Origin: Bacteroidales bacterium
GTDB taxonomy: Bacteria; Bacteroidota; Bacteroidia; Bacteroidales; B18-G4
Length of the DNA stretch: 64,000 nucleotides
Assembly (NCBI GenBank): GCA_018400295.1
Contig: JAGYMZ010000012.1
Location: forward strand, 1,129 to 65,128
Reading direction: 5' to 3'
Shown here: in pieces, positions 18,664-28,516 of the stretch
Numbering within the stretch: position 1 is the stretch's first letter
How the letters are laid out: each line of letters begins with the position of its first letter
Program-made: the position numbers and the translations under genes
Notes under the pieces: generated by a model
What the model was told of the DNA's origin: nothing
The model's database searches: none
Seen by the model: the letters and a program-made list of their open reading frames with translations, nothing else

Positions 18664-20202
18664 TCAATTTTCACCGGGAATTTCGTGTATTCCTTTTTTG
18701 ATCCTGTCAAGGGTTCCTTCCCGGCCGATCATTTCCATGATTGTGAACAGGTCGGGACCCATACCGCTGCCCACCAGGCAAAGCCGGACGGGGATCATGA
18801 CCCTGCCCATGCCGAGCTCTTTATATTCGATAAAGGCTTTTACATTTTTCTCCAATACATCCCTTTCCCAGGGGGCTGTCTTTTCCAGGATTGGAAAAAG
18901 ATCTTTCAGGATTTCGGGAGAATCCTGTTTCCAGCGTTTTTTTACTATTTTTTGGTCGTATTCCTGCGGTGCCTGGAAAAAGAAAAAGGACTGATCCCAG
19001 AAATCGCGCACAAAATCCGCCCGCTCTTTGATTAAGCCCACGACTTTTTCAATGTATGAGGGCTCTGCTTCGATTTTTTTATCCCGTAATATCCTGGCAT
19101 ATTCGTTGGCCAGTTCTTGATCATCCTTTTTAGCCAGGTACTGGTGATTGAACCAGCGGGCCTTGTCCGGGTCAAACCGGGCGCCCGACCTGCCTACCCT
19201 GTCAAGGCTGAAGGCTTCAACCATTTCATCCAGGGAAAAGATCTCCTGCGCCGTGCCGGGGTTCCAGCCCAGCATAACCAGCAGATTGATGAATGCTTCC
19301 GGAAAATACCCTTCCTGCTTGTAGCCGGAAGAAACCTCACCTGTCTCCGGGTCCATCCATTCCAGGGGGAATACCGGAAAGCCCATTTTTTCCCCGTCCC
19401 GTTTACTGAGCTTGCCTTTTCCGGTTGGCTTCAGGATCAGTGGCAAATGGGCAAAAGCCGGCATATCTTCTTCCCATCCAAGGAATGTATACAGCAATAC
19501 ATGAAGCGGTAAAGAAGGAAGCCATTCTTCTCCGCGGATAACGTGTGTGATCTTCATCAGGTAATCGTCCACCACATTGGCCAGGTGATAGGTTGGAAGC
19601 CGGTCTGACTTGAAGATCACCTTATCGTCCAGGGTGGAAGACTGAAATACAAGGTCTTGCCGGATCTCATCACGGACATGGATCTCCTCATCTTCAGGGA
19701 TCTTGATGCGGATCACATAATGGGCTTCTTCGTCCAGCAATTGTTCCACTGCCTCAGGTGGCAGGGTGAGGGAATTCCGCATCTCTTTCCTGGATTGATG
19801 GTTATATCCGGTTAAGGATGAACCGGAGGATTCCTGCTGCTTGCGCATTTCTTCCAGCGCCTCCGGGGTATCGAAAGCATAGTAAGCTTTTCCTTCTTCT
19901 ACCAGCTTTACGGCATATTGTTCGTAAACCCCTTTTCTCTCCGATTGCCGGTATGGGCCGTATTCTCCCCCTTCAATGATCCCCTCATCGAAGGGCAGGC
20001 CGCACCAGTCGAAAGTTTCCAGGATATAGCTCTCGGCACCCGGTACGTAGCGGTTTTTATCCGTGTCCTCTATCCTGAGAATGAAATCCCCATCGTGTTT
20101 TTTGGCAAAGAGATAATTGTACAACGCGGTCCTGACCCCGCCGATGTGTAAGGGGCCGGTGGGACTGGGGGCAAACCTTACCCGAACTTTCCTGTCTGGC
20201 AT
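18664..20202 (-). CDS. gltX: Glutamate--tRNA ligase
   Basis: RFAPSPTGPLHIGG (HIGH-like), LRIEDTD, KLSKR. Confidence 0.97.
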   Translation of the reverse strand: MPDRKVRVRFAPSPTGPLHIGGVRTALYNYLFAKKHDGDFILRIEDTDKNRYVPGAESYILETFDWCGLPFDEGIIEGGEYGPYRQSERKGVYEQYAVKLVEEGKAYYAFDTPEALEEMRKQQESSGSSLTGYNHQSRKEMRNSLTLPPEAVEQLLDEEAHYVIRIKIPEDEEIHVRDEIRQDLVFQSSTLDDKVIFKSDRLPTYHLANVVDDYLMKITHVIRGEEWLPSLPLHVLLYTFLGWEEDMPAFAHLPLILKPTGKGKLSKRDGEKMGFPVFPLEWMDPETGEVSSGYKQEGYFPEAFINLLVMLGWNPGTAQEIFSLDEMVEAFSLDRVGRSGARFDPDKARWFNHQYLAKKDDQELANEYARILRDKKIEAEPSYIEKVVGLIKERADFVRDFWDQSFFFFQAPQEYDQKIVKKRWKQDSPEILKDLFPILEKTAPWERDVLEKNVKAFIEYKELGMGRVMIPVRLCLVGSGMGPDLFTIMEMIGREGTLDRIKKGIHEIPGEN

Positions 20203-20238
20203 AATGGTGGTATTTAATAAGGGCTTTTAAACAAATAC

Positions 20239-20246
20239 CAAAGGTA
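20239..20246 (-). promoter_or_regulatory. -7 promoter element (TACCTTTG) for gltX
   Basis: Matches TAnnTTTG, 36 nt upstream of the gltX start. Confidence 0.55.
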
Positions 20247-20302
20247 AGAAAGAATTGGAATAAGAAAGCGGACAGGATCGGCCATGTATGCCTGGAAATG
20301 GG

Positions 20303-21118
20303 TCAATGGGTATGTTTATTGTCCCTTAAGATACGCAATACCAAACGGTCCTGCCATTTTTCAGGCAATGTGGACAAAAGTCGCAGGGAAGCCTGGCGGT
20401 TGATGTTATAATAAAAGCGTGGCTCCTTCTTTTGGGCGATGCGGAATATCTTTTTCGCCACTGTTTCGGGAGGCATTATCCTTCCGAAGTACCGTCCCGC
20501 CCTGGAAGCAAAAGCCTTGTATTCTGAATGGAACAGGGAATCGGGCCGGAGTGGGTTCCCGGCCAGTGCCTGATCGGATAAACGGGTCCGGATGGCCCCG
20601 GCCCGGATCATGGTCAGCCGGATGCCTTTCATCCGCAGCTCCTGCCGGATGGCCCGGCTAAGGGCTTCCAGGGTGATCTTGCTGATCTGGTAAGGCTGGA
20701 AGGCCCAGGGAATGTTTGCGCTCTCGCTGCTAATTTGGATGACCCGGGCCCCCGAGCCGGAAAGCAGGGGGAGGAAAGCGCGGATAACATTCAAGGCGCC
20801 AAAAGCATTGACATGGAAAATGTGCTGCAGCCTTTCGGGGTCAGATTCCGTAAGGGGGTACAGATCGAAGATCCCGGCATTATTGATCAGCACTTCGGGG
20901 ATCATGTCCCTTTGCTTGATAAGGACCGAAATTTTTTCAGCGTCTTCCGGTTTTCTCACATCCAAACGGAATGGAATGATATTTCCCGGATGATGAAAAG
21001 ATTCGGGATCCGGAGCATGGACATCGGTGGCAATGACCCTCCAGGATTTTCCGGTGAAAACATCGGCAAGGGCTTTGCCAAGCCCCTGGGCCGCTCCAGT
21101 GATAAACGCGGTTTTCAT
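20303..21118 (-). CDS. SDR family NAD(P)-dependent oxidoreductase
   Basis: TGAAQGLG, LINNAG, YQISK (YxxxK). Confidence 0.9.
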   Translation of the reverse strand: MKTAFITGAAQGLGKALADVFTGKSWRVIATDVHAPDPESFHHPGNIIPFRLDVRKPEDAEKISVLIKQRDMIPEVLINNAGIFDLYPLTESDPERLQHIFHVNAFGALNVIRAFLPLLSGSGARVIQISSESANIPWAFQPYQISKITLEALSRAIRQELRMKGIRLTMIRAGAIRTRLSDQALAGNPLRPDSLFHSEYKAFASRAGRYFGRIMPPETVAKKIFRIAQKKEPRFYYNINRQASLRLLSTLPEKWQDRLVLRILRDNKHTH

Positions 21119-21165
21119 TTTATTTGGTCGTTTATGTGGCTCTTAGTCTGAAAGCACTGGGTTCT

Positions 21166-21909
21166 TTACATTTTAAGCAGTGTATGTATGAACAGGTTCA
21201 TGTCGTCGATGTGTGTGCCTTTCCAGTATATTTTCCCGCAATTGCTGCAGCGGTAGAATTCATTGAAGCATTTTTTGGTCCCCGGTTCCAGGCGGTCAAT
21301 GATGGCTTCTTTGTCCACTTTTTCAATTCTTCCGTTGCATTGCATACAGCGGCTGTATGGCTTTATTTTCCCCTTCAGGTCAAAACGCTCCAGGACTTCC
21401 CTGAGCTGCTCCGGCGGGTGTATGTTCCGCACATAATACCCTCGTTGTACCTTTCCGTTCTTCAATATGCCCAAATCGCGGGTCAGTATGGTCCGTTGCT
21501 CCCGGGTTGCGGCCTCTATGATCCCGGGATCGTCGAGATCCTTGTCAAAGCAAGAATCAAACCCCAGCATCCGAAGGTTGCGGGCCAGCTTGCCCAGGTG
21601 TACATCCAGGATGAAGCGTGGAACCCTCAAAGGTTCGGGTCGGAGGCGGTTGACCGGGGAAATGTCCATGGATTCAAATACCGGATAAACCGAAACACGG
21701 TCCCCCTCCGACGGTTTATAGCTGAAACCGACCGGTTCGCCATTTGCCAGAACCAGGTCCACCTCTACGTGCGGTATCCCTATGCTTTCAATGATGTCTT
21801 TGATGGTCGGCGTTCCGTTGAATCGATGCCGGAATTCGGTCTTTTTCCTTCTGGACGGAAGAAAATCATTCAACTCTTCATAAAACCGGATGTGTATATG
21901 CGATGGCAT
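21166..21909 (-). CDS. Mut7-C RNase domain protein with N-terminal ubiquitin-like domain
   Basis: FYEELNDFLP, IKDIIESIGIPHVEVDL, FILDVHLGKLARNLRMLGFD, C-terminal CxxC...CxxC zinc ribbon with IYWKGTH. Confidence 0.88.
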   Translation of the reverse strand: MPSHIHIRFYEELNDFLPSRRKKTEFRHRFNGTPTIKDIIESIGIPHVEVDLVLANGEPVGFSYKPSEGDRVSVYPVFESMDISPVNRLRPEPLRVPRFILDVHLGKLARNLRMLGFDSCFDKDLDDPGIIEAATREQRTILTRDLGILKNGKVQRGYYVRNIHPPEQLREVLERFDLKGKIKPYSRCMQCNGRIEKVDKEAIIDRLEPGTKKCFNEFYRCSNCGKIYWKGTHIDDMNLFIHTLLKM

Positions 21910-21912
21910 GGA

Positions 21913-22641
21913 TTATTTAAAGCGCTTTTGTTTCATTTCCATCAGCCGGAAATGGTAAAGATACGCAAGAATGAAGTACCCCCCAACCGCACTGAAAACA
22001 TGCCAGAGGAAATGGCTCCCCATGGGAAGGTAATTTGCGGAAACGGGATCGAGCTCCCTGAACAGCAATGCAAGAATAAACGAGATCAGGGTCAGGATGA
22101 TAAAATTAACCTTAAAGAACCGGCTTTTATAAAGAACGATGGATAATGGGAGAAAAATGGTTATGCCTACCAATGCATAAGAGATGTTAATCGCGGTGTG
22201 CGATGGCAGATTGTTGAACAGTACCAGTCGCAAACCGAAAACCGGGATGATGATCAGCAGGACGTACCACCATTTTTTCAGGACCTTTATCCAGAAATAA
22301 ATTCCGATGGACAAGGTAAGGATGGCGGTTGGGAGGACATCCATGATCAGAAATGCAACCGAAGACCTGAAGAGATGGAAAAATGTGCTGCCCAGTCCAC
22401 CCAGGATGATCAGCGGAATAGAATATGTCAGAAATTTGAAATTTCCGGGATTATTGCGGATTTTATAAGCCCAGTAAAGTGCGACAAATACAACCAGCAG
22501 ACTCGAAAATCCATTCCATGGTTCTACGATGAGGTGATCCGGGTCGGTTTCTACATAAAATGGGCCCTCATCCCTGAATCGCTGGTTATACCAGGCCGTG
22601 TCAACATTGTCTTCAATAAAAGCTTGCATAGGCCATACCAT
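21913..22641 (-). CDS. Ceramidase/hemolysin III-like (CREST superfamily) membrane protein
   Basis: About seven TM segments; EPWNGFSS, GSTFFH, HFLWH motifs. Confidence 0.75.
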   Translation of the reverse strand: MVWPMQAFIEDNVDTAWYNQRFRDEGPFYVETDPDHLIVEPWNGFSSLLVVFVALYWAYKIRNNPGNFKFLTYSIPLIILGGLGSTFFHLFRSSVAFLIMDVLPTAILTLSIGIYFWIKVLKKWWYVLLIIIPVFGLRLVLFNNLPSHTAINISYALVGITIFLPLSIVLYKSRFFKVNFIILTLISFILALLFRELDPVSANYLPMGSHFLWHVFSAVGGYFILAYLYHFRLMEMKQKRFK

Positions 22642-22772
22642 TTGATCTATTATAAAGTGTCAACTGTTCAGGAGCCACGAATAATTCCTATATTTGTTTT
22701 TGTTCATTGAAAACGGCAACCAATTAACACCATTTCAACGAATATGTTTTTATCATCTTAAAATTTGTATAT

Positions 22773-23525
22773 ATGAACGACATTTACGCAAAAGAACAAA
22801 GAAACCTGTATTGCAAAGGTAAGAATGCGGATCTATTTTTGCCGGGGTTATGGTTTTTTCCCCGTTTGATCAAAAATCGGATGGGTATGCTGATCCTTGT
22901 CTTGCTTTCCGGATCGCTTTTGATTTCATCCTGCAGTAAGTCCCCCACTTACAGCATTGGCACCAGCGATCTGGATATGGTTTATACTCAGTACGATGAC
23001 GGAATCAGTTTTACCGATTACAAAACCTATTCCATTACCGATTCCCTGAATATAGATGATGAAGGATTGACCCATGCAGACATTGAATACCTGCGTGATT
23101 ATTATGATGTGGTCTTTGATAAGATCAATGCCAATATGCAGGAAAGGAATTATGTCCGGGTTGACAGCACGGAAGATCCTGAACTGGGCATCAGCGTATC
23201 CATAGTTACAAAGGAAAACTATGTGATCAGCTGGGGTTATTGGTGGGACTGGGGCTATTATGGTGATCCTTATTATTGGGGATATCCCGGTTATGGATAC
23301 TATTATCCATGGGGGACCTATATGGGATCCTATGAAGAAGGAGCACTGATCATTGAGTTGATGGACCTGAAAAATCCGAACCTTCAGAAGAAAAAGCTGA
23401 ATGCCTTGTGGGCCGGATTGGTTGGCGGCGTGCTCTCCAATAATGAAGGACTTATTGATGAGCGGCTTATTGATCAGATTGACCAGGCATTTGAACAATC
23501 CCCATATTTAAAGACCAACCCATAA
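22773..23525 (+). CDS. DUF4136-like lipoprotein (start uncertain)
   Basis: Lipobox LISSC; FTDYKTY; aromatic/Gly-rich loop; YEEGALIIELMD; AFEQSPYL. Confidence 0.75.
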   Translation: MNDIYAKEQRNLYCKGKNADLFLPGLWFFPRLIKNRMGMLILVLLSGSLLISSCSKSPTYSIGTSDLDMVYTQYDDGISFTDYKTYSITDSLNIDDEGLTHADIEYLRDYYDVVFDKINANMQERNYVRVDSTEDPELGISVSIVTKENYVISWGYWWDWGYYGDPYYWGYPGYGYYYPWGTYMGSYEEGALIIELMDLKNPNLQKKKLNALWAGLVGGVLSNNEGLIDERLIDQIDQAFEQSPYLKTNP

Positions 23526-23537
23526 AATCAGAAAACC

Positions 23538-24227
23538 ATGAGAAAAGTAAATAATAACGACACATATTTAACTGAAAGACCGGTACATTATGCTTCAGGC
23601 CACAGCAAGATGATTGGTTCCGCTAAAGTGAAAAAAACAATCGCCATTCTTATCATTTTGTTTGCCTCCGCCTCATTTATTTTTGGACAGTCCAAAACCC
23701 GGTGGGAACTGGAATGGAACATCAGCACTGCCACCGGGGATCTGGGCGACTGGGTGGATCCGACCAGTTTCAGGGGGATTGAATTTGGCGGTTCTTATGA
23801 ATTTGAAACCGGTTTTGTTGCCGGCGCATCCATTGGGTATGCTGCTTTTTTCAAAGAAACCGAAAGGATGACCGTGGAATTTGATAATGGGGCCCTCACA
23901 GCCAAGCAGTTCAGGGATATTTATAATTATCACATCATGGCAGAAGGAGGGTATGTCTTTCTGAATGAATCCCTGATCCGACCCTACGTTAAAGCCGGAA
24001 TAGGTACGTTTTTCACGGAGCAGCAGCTGACCATCGGGTTGCTGTATTTTGATGAAGACAACTGGGATTTTGGCATGCGCCCGGAGATCGGCGCTTATTA
24101 CCTCAATGAACGGGCCAGTATCGGGGCAACAGTGAATGCAAAATTCAATTATACACCCAATTACGGGAATGAACTGGACAGCTTTCACTATTTATCTTTT
24201 GGGGTAGGGTTCCTTTTTCAGTTATAG
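23538..24227 (+). CDS. Outer membrane beta-barrel protein
   Basis: Signal peptide (true start probably downstream); alternating beta strands; RPYVKAGIG; C-terminal aromatic strand. Confidence 0.75.
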   Translation: MRKVNNNDTYLTERPVHYASGHSKMIGSAKVKKTIAILIILFASASFIFGQSKTRWELEWNISTATGDLGDWVDPTSFRGIEFGGSYEFETGFVAGASIGYAAFFKETERMTVEFDNGALTAKQFRDIYNYHIMAEGGYVFLNESLIRPYVKAGIGTFFTEQQLTIGLLYFDEDNWDFGMRPEIGAYYLNERASIGATVNAKFNYTPNYGNELDSFHYLSFGVGFLFQL

Positions 24228-24278
24228 CATTCTTTGTGGAACAGGAGATTTTTCCTCTGTACAGGCAACATCGCAAGG

Positions 24279-25217
24279 CTATTCTGCGATCTGCGATTTG
24301 TGGCCCGGAACCCGCATCAGGTATTTGAGTGAAAGGCTCACCGAAGTGTAATCCATATCGCGTATATCCTGTTGCAAACGGAATTTGAGTATGAATCGAC
24401 GGAATTTACGTTCACTGGTCATACGAATGACCATAGGTTTGTCGCCGTTTCCATGGTATCCGGAATACCCGCCAAATTGTCCGTTGATAAGCCAGTTTTC
24501 AGTTTGCAGGTCCAGGCCGGCCCCGAATAAAAATGCATCGTTTTGAAAATTATCCGTGCGGTAGGTCTGCCAGGCATAAAATCCAACCATGAAATAGGGG
24601 CGAAGTGTTTTTTGTCCGGCTTCATCCGAAAAAAAATTTTTCCCCGCAGACAAGGCAAAATGGTACCCCATGGCATCCGTATACCGGGCATCGGAAAAAT
24701 TGCCGCCGGAGGCCGTTTTAAAATTGGCGGAAAAAAGTACATCAGGTAACCGGGATCTTTTTGACAAGAGCTGGATATGCGTGGCAATGTTAACATCCCC
24801 CGTGGTACTCCCTTCGCCGGATAATCCCCGTGCCATTCTTTCATCGCGCGTTTCCGGTGTCATGCGGTAGTGTTCATAGGGGATGAAAAAAACTTCGAAA
24901 GCAACCAGGTTTTCCGGAAAAACATAATAGAAGCGGGTAAGGAAGTCCTGTGTTTTATCTCCCGGACTGAAATATACATCTCCTCCTGCTTCCACGAAGC
25001 TGTGGCGACCGGTCCATCCATTGGTGATGTCCGGTACCGGGAGCGCATTGGGGCCCATATACCCGGGTGAGACGATCATGTACCGGCTCCAGTGGGTAAC
25101 CCCGTCCCAGTTATGCTTCTGGTTCCACCAGGTGTAGTCTTCTTCCTGTGCAACAACGTTGCTTAAATGAAATGCCAGTAAGAAGAATAAAGATGTTATT
25201 TTGCAGGTCTGGTGCAC
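24279..25217 (-). CDS. Conserved hypothetical secreted/outer membrane protein
   Basis: 312-aa ORF with signal peptide ending VVAQ; GYMGPNALPVP motif; beta-rich. Confidence 0.7.
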   Translation of the reverse strand: MHQTCKITSLFFLLAFHLSNVVAQEEDYTWWNQKHNWDGVTHWSRYMIVSPGYMGPNALPVPDITNGWTGRHSFVEAGGDVYFSPGDKTQDFLTRFYYVFPENLVAFEVFFIPYEHYRMTPETRDERMARGLSGEGSTTGDVNIATHIQLLSKRSRLPDVLFSANFKTASGGNFSDARYTDAMGYHFALSAGKNFFSDEAGQKTLRPYFMVGFYAWQTYRTDNFQNDAFLFGAGLDLQTENWLINGQFGGYSGYHGNGDKPMVIRMTSERKFRRFILKFRLQQDIRDMDYTSVSLSLKYLMRVPGHKSQIAE

Positions 25218-25236
25218 TGGATAAAGATACTAAAAT

Positions 25237-25282
25237 CAGATGTCATCCAGATGTCATCCGGATGACATCTGGATGACATCTG
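25237..25282. repeat. Palindromic repeat copy 3: (CAGATGTCATC)2-CG-(GATGACATCTG)2, perfect 46-bp palindrome
   Basis: Read directly; 20 nt downstream of the OTC stop codon. Confidence 0.92.
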
Positions 25283-25302
25283 GTCTCTCCCCCCCAAGGC
25301 CC

Positions 25303-26304
25303 CTAACTCCCTAGCGTTGCTACCATCACAGCTTTGATGGTATGGAGGCGGTTTTCGGCCTGGTCAAAGACAACGGAAGCGGGGGATTCAAAGACATCAT
25401 CGTTCACTTCCATGGCGTCAACACCAAATTTTTGATAAATGTTTTCACCTACCTTGGTTTCCCTGTTATGAAAGGAAGGCAGGCAGTGGAGAAATTTAAC
25501 GTGCGGATTTCCAGTTTTTTGCAGCAACTTGTTGTTGATCTGGTAGGGCATCATCATGTTGATCCTCCGCTCATACTCAGAATCCGGTTCTCCCATGGAT
25601 ACCCATACGTCTGTGTACAGAAAATCCACTCCTTTGACGCCTTTTTCTACATCATCGGTTATTGTGATGGTTGCGCCGGTATCTTTTGCTGTGTTTTTAC
25701 ATTGGTTAACCAGTTCTTCCGGGGGGAAAAATTCTTCAGGGGCACAGGCCCGGAAATCCATGCCCATCTTTGATGCACCGACCATCAGTGAATTACCCAT
25801 ATTGTTCCGGGCATCGCCAAGATAACAGAATGAGATCTTATGCAGGGGTTTGTCGCTATGCTCCATCATGGTCAGAAAATCCGCAAGGATCTGTGTCGGA
25901 TGATACTCGTTGGTAAGCCCGTTCCAGACGGGCACACCTGCATATGTACCCAGCTCTTCAACAATTGCCTGTCCGAAACCCCGGTACTCAATACCGTCAT
26001 ACATTCTACCCAGCACCCTGGCTGTATCTTTCATGGATTCCTTGTGGCCGATCTGAGATCCGGAGGGCCCGAGATATGTGACCTGTGCCCCCTGGTCAAA
26101 GGCTGCCACTTCGAATGCACAGCGCGTACGGGTAGAAGATTTTTCAAATATCAGTGCAATGTTCTTACCTTTGAGCCGTGGTTGCTCAGTGCCCGAATAC
26201 TTTGCTTTCTTCAGGTCTGCGGAAAGATCAAGCAAAAACCGGATCTCTTTGGGTGTGAAGTCGAGCAACTTCAGAAAATTTCTGTTCCTTAAATTGTATG
26301 CCAT
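25303..26304 (-). CDS. argF: Ornithine carbamoyltransferase (catabolic ArcB-like)
   Basis: STRTR, HPTQ, DVWVSMG, HCLP motifs; ATG 26304 (MAYNLRNRN) supported by TATTTTTG element at 26350-26357. Confidence 0.93.
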   Translation of the reverse strand: MAYNLRNRNFLKLLDFTPKEIRFLLDLSADLKKAKYSGTEQPRLKGKNIALIFEKSSTRTRCAFEVAAFDQGAQVTYLGPSGSQIGHKESMKDTARVLGRMYDGIEYRGFGQAIVEELGTYAGVPVWNGLTNEYHPTQILADFLTMMEHSDKPLHKISFCYLGDARNNMGNSLMVGASKMGMDFRACAPEEFFPPEELVNQCKNTAKDTGATITITDDVEKGVKGVDFLYTDVWVSMGEPDSEYERRINMMMPYQINNKLLQKTGNPHVKFLHCLPSFHNRETKVGENIYQKFGVDAMEVNDDVFESPASVVFDQAENRLHTIKAVMVATLGS

Positions 26305-26409
26305 GGTCTTTATTTTATGATAACACATTGATATGTTCCTCCGGAGTGGCAAAAATAGTATAAAATCTGCATTTTAATTTCAAAGAACCCCATAAGCCTC
26401 AAAAACGAC

Positions 26410-27003
26410 ATGCTGATCATAAAAAATACCCTTGTCTCCGACGACCTTTACCGGATAAGATTTGCCTGTCGCTTAAAAAAATGCCTGGGTGCCTGCTGCA
26501 TAGAAGGTGATGCGGGTGCATCCCTTGAGGAAGAAGAAATTGCCACCCTGGAAGATGATATCGAAAACATTAAGCCTTATATGACAGGAAAGGGAAGGGC
26601 TGTTGTCGGTGAACGTGGGGTTTTCGATTACGACAGTGAAGGGCACTATGTTACACCCCTGGTTCGTGACAGGGAATGTGCTTATGCGATCTTCGACAAA
26701 GGCATTGCTATGTGTGCCATTGAAAAGGCATTTGAAGAAGGGGGAACAGACCTTCAAAAGCCGGTTTCATGCCATCTTTATCCCATACGGATTTCTGTGT
26801 TGAGCGATGGCCGCTCAGCTGTGAATTACCATGCATGGGATATATGCTCGAAAGCCCTGATCACCGGAAAAAGAAAGGACATTCCAATTTACCGTTTTTG
26901 CAGGGATGCCCTGGTCAGGAAATTCGGTAAGGATTGGTACCGCGAACTGGATGAAAAAGCCAGTGAAATGATCCATGCACGCAAGGGAAAAAATCCCGGA
27001 TGA
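26410..27003 (+). CDS. DUF3109 family protein
   Basis: FAC.L.KC.GACCIEGDAGA, KPVSCHLYPIR, W.IC motifs. Confidence 0.85.
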   Translation: MLIIKNTLVSDDLYRIRFACRLKKCLGACCIEGDAGASLEEEEIATLEDDIENIKPYMTGKGRAVVGERGVFDYDSEGHYVTPLVRDRECAYAIFDKGIAMCAIEKAFEEGGTDLQKPVSCHLYPIRISVLSDGRSAVNYHAWDICSKALITGKRKDIPIYRFCRDALVRKFGKDWYRELDEKASEMIHARKGKNPG

Positions 27004-27513
27004 TCATTCATCTCCTTCACCCATCTGGGCCATGGATGCCAGTTCCTTGTCTATATGGAACAAACCGCCTTTTTCACCTTTGGCCAGGTTGAATTTGTCC
27101 AGAATGGCGCTGGTAAGACTTTCCTCTTCGATTTGTTCGTTTACATACCATTGCAGGAAATTGGCCGTGGTATAATCATTTTCATTCATGCACATTCCAT
27201 ACAGGTCGTTGATGCATTTGGTTATGTATTGTTCGTGCTTGTGGACTTTAACAAATACATCATGCAGGGATTTGAACCCACTTTCCGGTGCATCCAGTTG
27301 CAGCGCCTTTGCATGCCCGCCCCGGTCATTCAGGAATTTCAACAATTTCAACTGATGCATGCGTTCTTCGTCGGAATGTTCATACAGGAATTCTGCTGCT
27401 CCGGGGTAACCATTGGTTTCACACCAGGAAGCCATGGACAGATAGATCCTGGATGAATCTTCTTCTCTTTTTATTTGCTCGTTAATTTCTTTTTCAATTT
27501 TTTTAGAAATCAT
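27004..27513 (-). CDS. ftnA: Non-heme ferritin
   Basis: INEQIKRE, YLSMASW, EERMH, FLQWYVNEQIEEE ferroxidase residues. Confidence 0.9.
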   Translation of the reverse strand: MISKKIEKEINEQIKREEDSSRIYLSMASWCETNGYPGAAEFLYEHSDEERMHQLKLLKFLNDRGGHAKALQLDAPESGFKSLHDVFVKVHKHEQYITKCINDLYGMCMNENDYTTANFLQWYVNEQIEEESLTSAILDKFNLAKGEKGGLFHIDKELASMAQMGEGDE

Positions 27514-27617
27514 TGGTCCATTGTTTTGAATGTTGAACTTAGATTGCCTTGTTTTAGTTTGATCAACAAAGAACGGGGCTAAATGTTTTGTCCCGGGTTC
27601 AGTTTATGAATGCAATG

Positions 27618-28496
27618 CTATTCATTCAGGGCATTGGCCCCGCTGACAATTTCGATAAGCTCATTTGTAATGGCAGCCTGGCGTGCTTTGTTGTATGAGA
27701 GTTTAAGATCTTTAAGGAGCTCCTGAGCATTATCGGTGGCCTTATGCATGGCTGTCATCCTTGCCCCGTGCTCAGATGCGGAGGAATCCAGGAGTGCTTT
27801 GTATAGCTGGATCTTCAAGGTCTTGGGAATAAGTTGCTTTACCATATCCATAATTCCCGGTTCGAAGATATAATCCGGGATCAAACCGGATTCTTCTTTT
27901 TCCGGTGCCTGAAAGGGAAGGAACTGTTCATGGGTTGGTTCCTGAACGGATGCATTCTTGAATTTGTTATATACAATGTCGATCCGGTCAAATTTTTTAC
28001 CGGAAAAGAGCTTCATGAAATGTTCAGCCATGGGGGCAACATTTTCAAAACTCAGGGCATCGAAAATTTCCGTATTGATATCAAAAATTGGATATTGTCT
28101 TCTTTTAAAATGCTCTGCTGCTTTTTTCCCAAAAAACATCATTTGTAGGTTGCCGTGGTCGTATTGCTTCTGATAATTTTCGGATATGATCTTGTGTGTG
28201 AATTTAATGATATGACTGTTAAAAGCTCCGCAAAGTCCGCGGTTGGATGATATGATAAGGAGCAGGATCTTTTCCGGGTCCCTGGGGTGGGTATATTCTT
28301 CATCTTCCAGATCTTCGGTATTTTGGCTGAGATCACCAAGGATCTGATGCAGTTTATTGGCATAAGGCCTGATTTTCTGGATAGCTTCCTGGCCCCTGCG
28401 CAATTTAGCGGCCGAAACCAGTTTCATGGCACTGGTGATCTGCTGGGTCGACCTGACCGATTCAATCCTGTCTCTTACTTCCTTTAAGTTTGGCAT
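27618..28496 (-). CDS. atpG: ATP synthase F1 subunit gamma
   Basis: QITSAMKLVSAAK, RGLCG, SEHGARMTAM, RQAAITNELIEI. Confidence 0.97.
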   Translation of the reverse strand: MPNLKEVRDRIESVRSTQQITSAMKLVSAAKLRRGQEAIQKIRPYANKLHQILGDLSQNTEDLEDEEYTHPRDPEKILLLIISSNRGLCGAFNSHIIKFTHKIISENYQKQYDHGNLQMMFFGKKAAEHFKRRQYPIFDINTEIFDALSFENVAPMAEHFMKLFSGKKFDRIDIVYNKFKNASVQEPTHEQFLPFQAPEKEESGLIPDYIFEPGIMDMVKQLIPKTLKIQLYKALLDSSASEHGARMTAMHKATDNAQELLKDLKLSYNKARQAAITNELIEIVSGANALNE

Positions 28497-28516
28497 AATT
28501 TCCCGGTGAAATGGTG

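Noticed and set aside
21124-22146. Long antisense ORFs (21124-22146; likewise 36645-37934 and 30700-31194)
   Set aside because: Shadow frames opposite well-supported genes, with no motifs
2584-25282. Palindromic repeats as a CRISPR array or integron attC sites
   Set aside because: No unique spacers at regular period, no cas or integrase gene, no RYYYAAC/GTTRRRY ends
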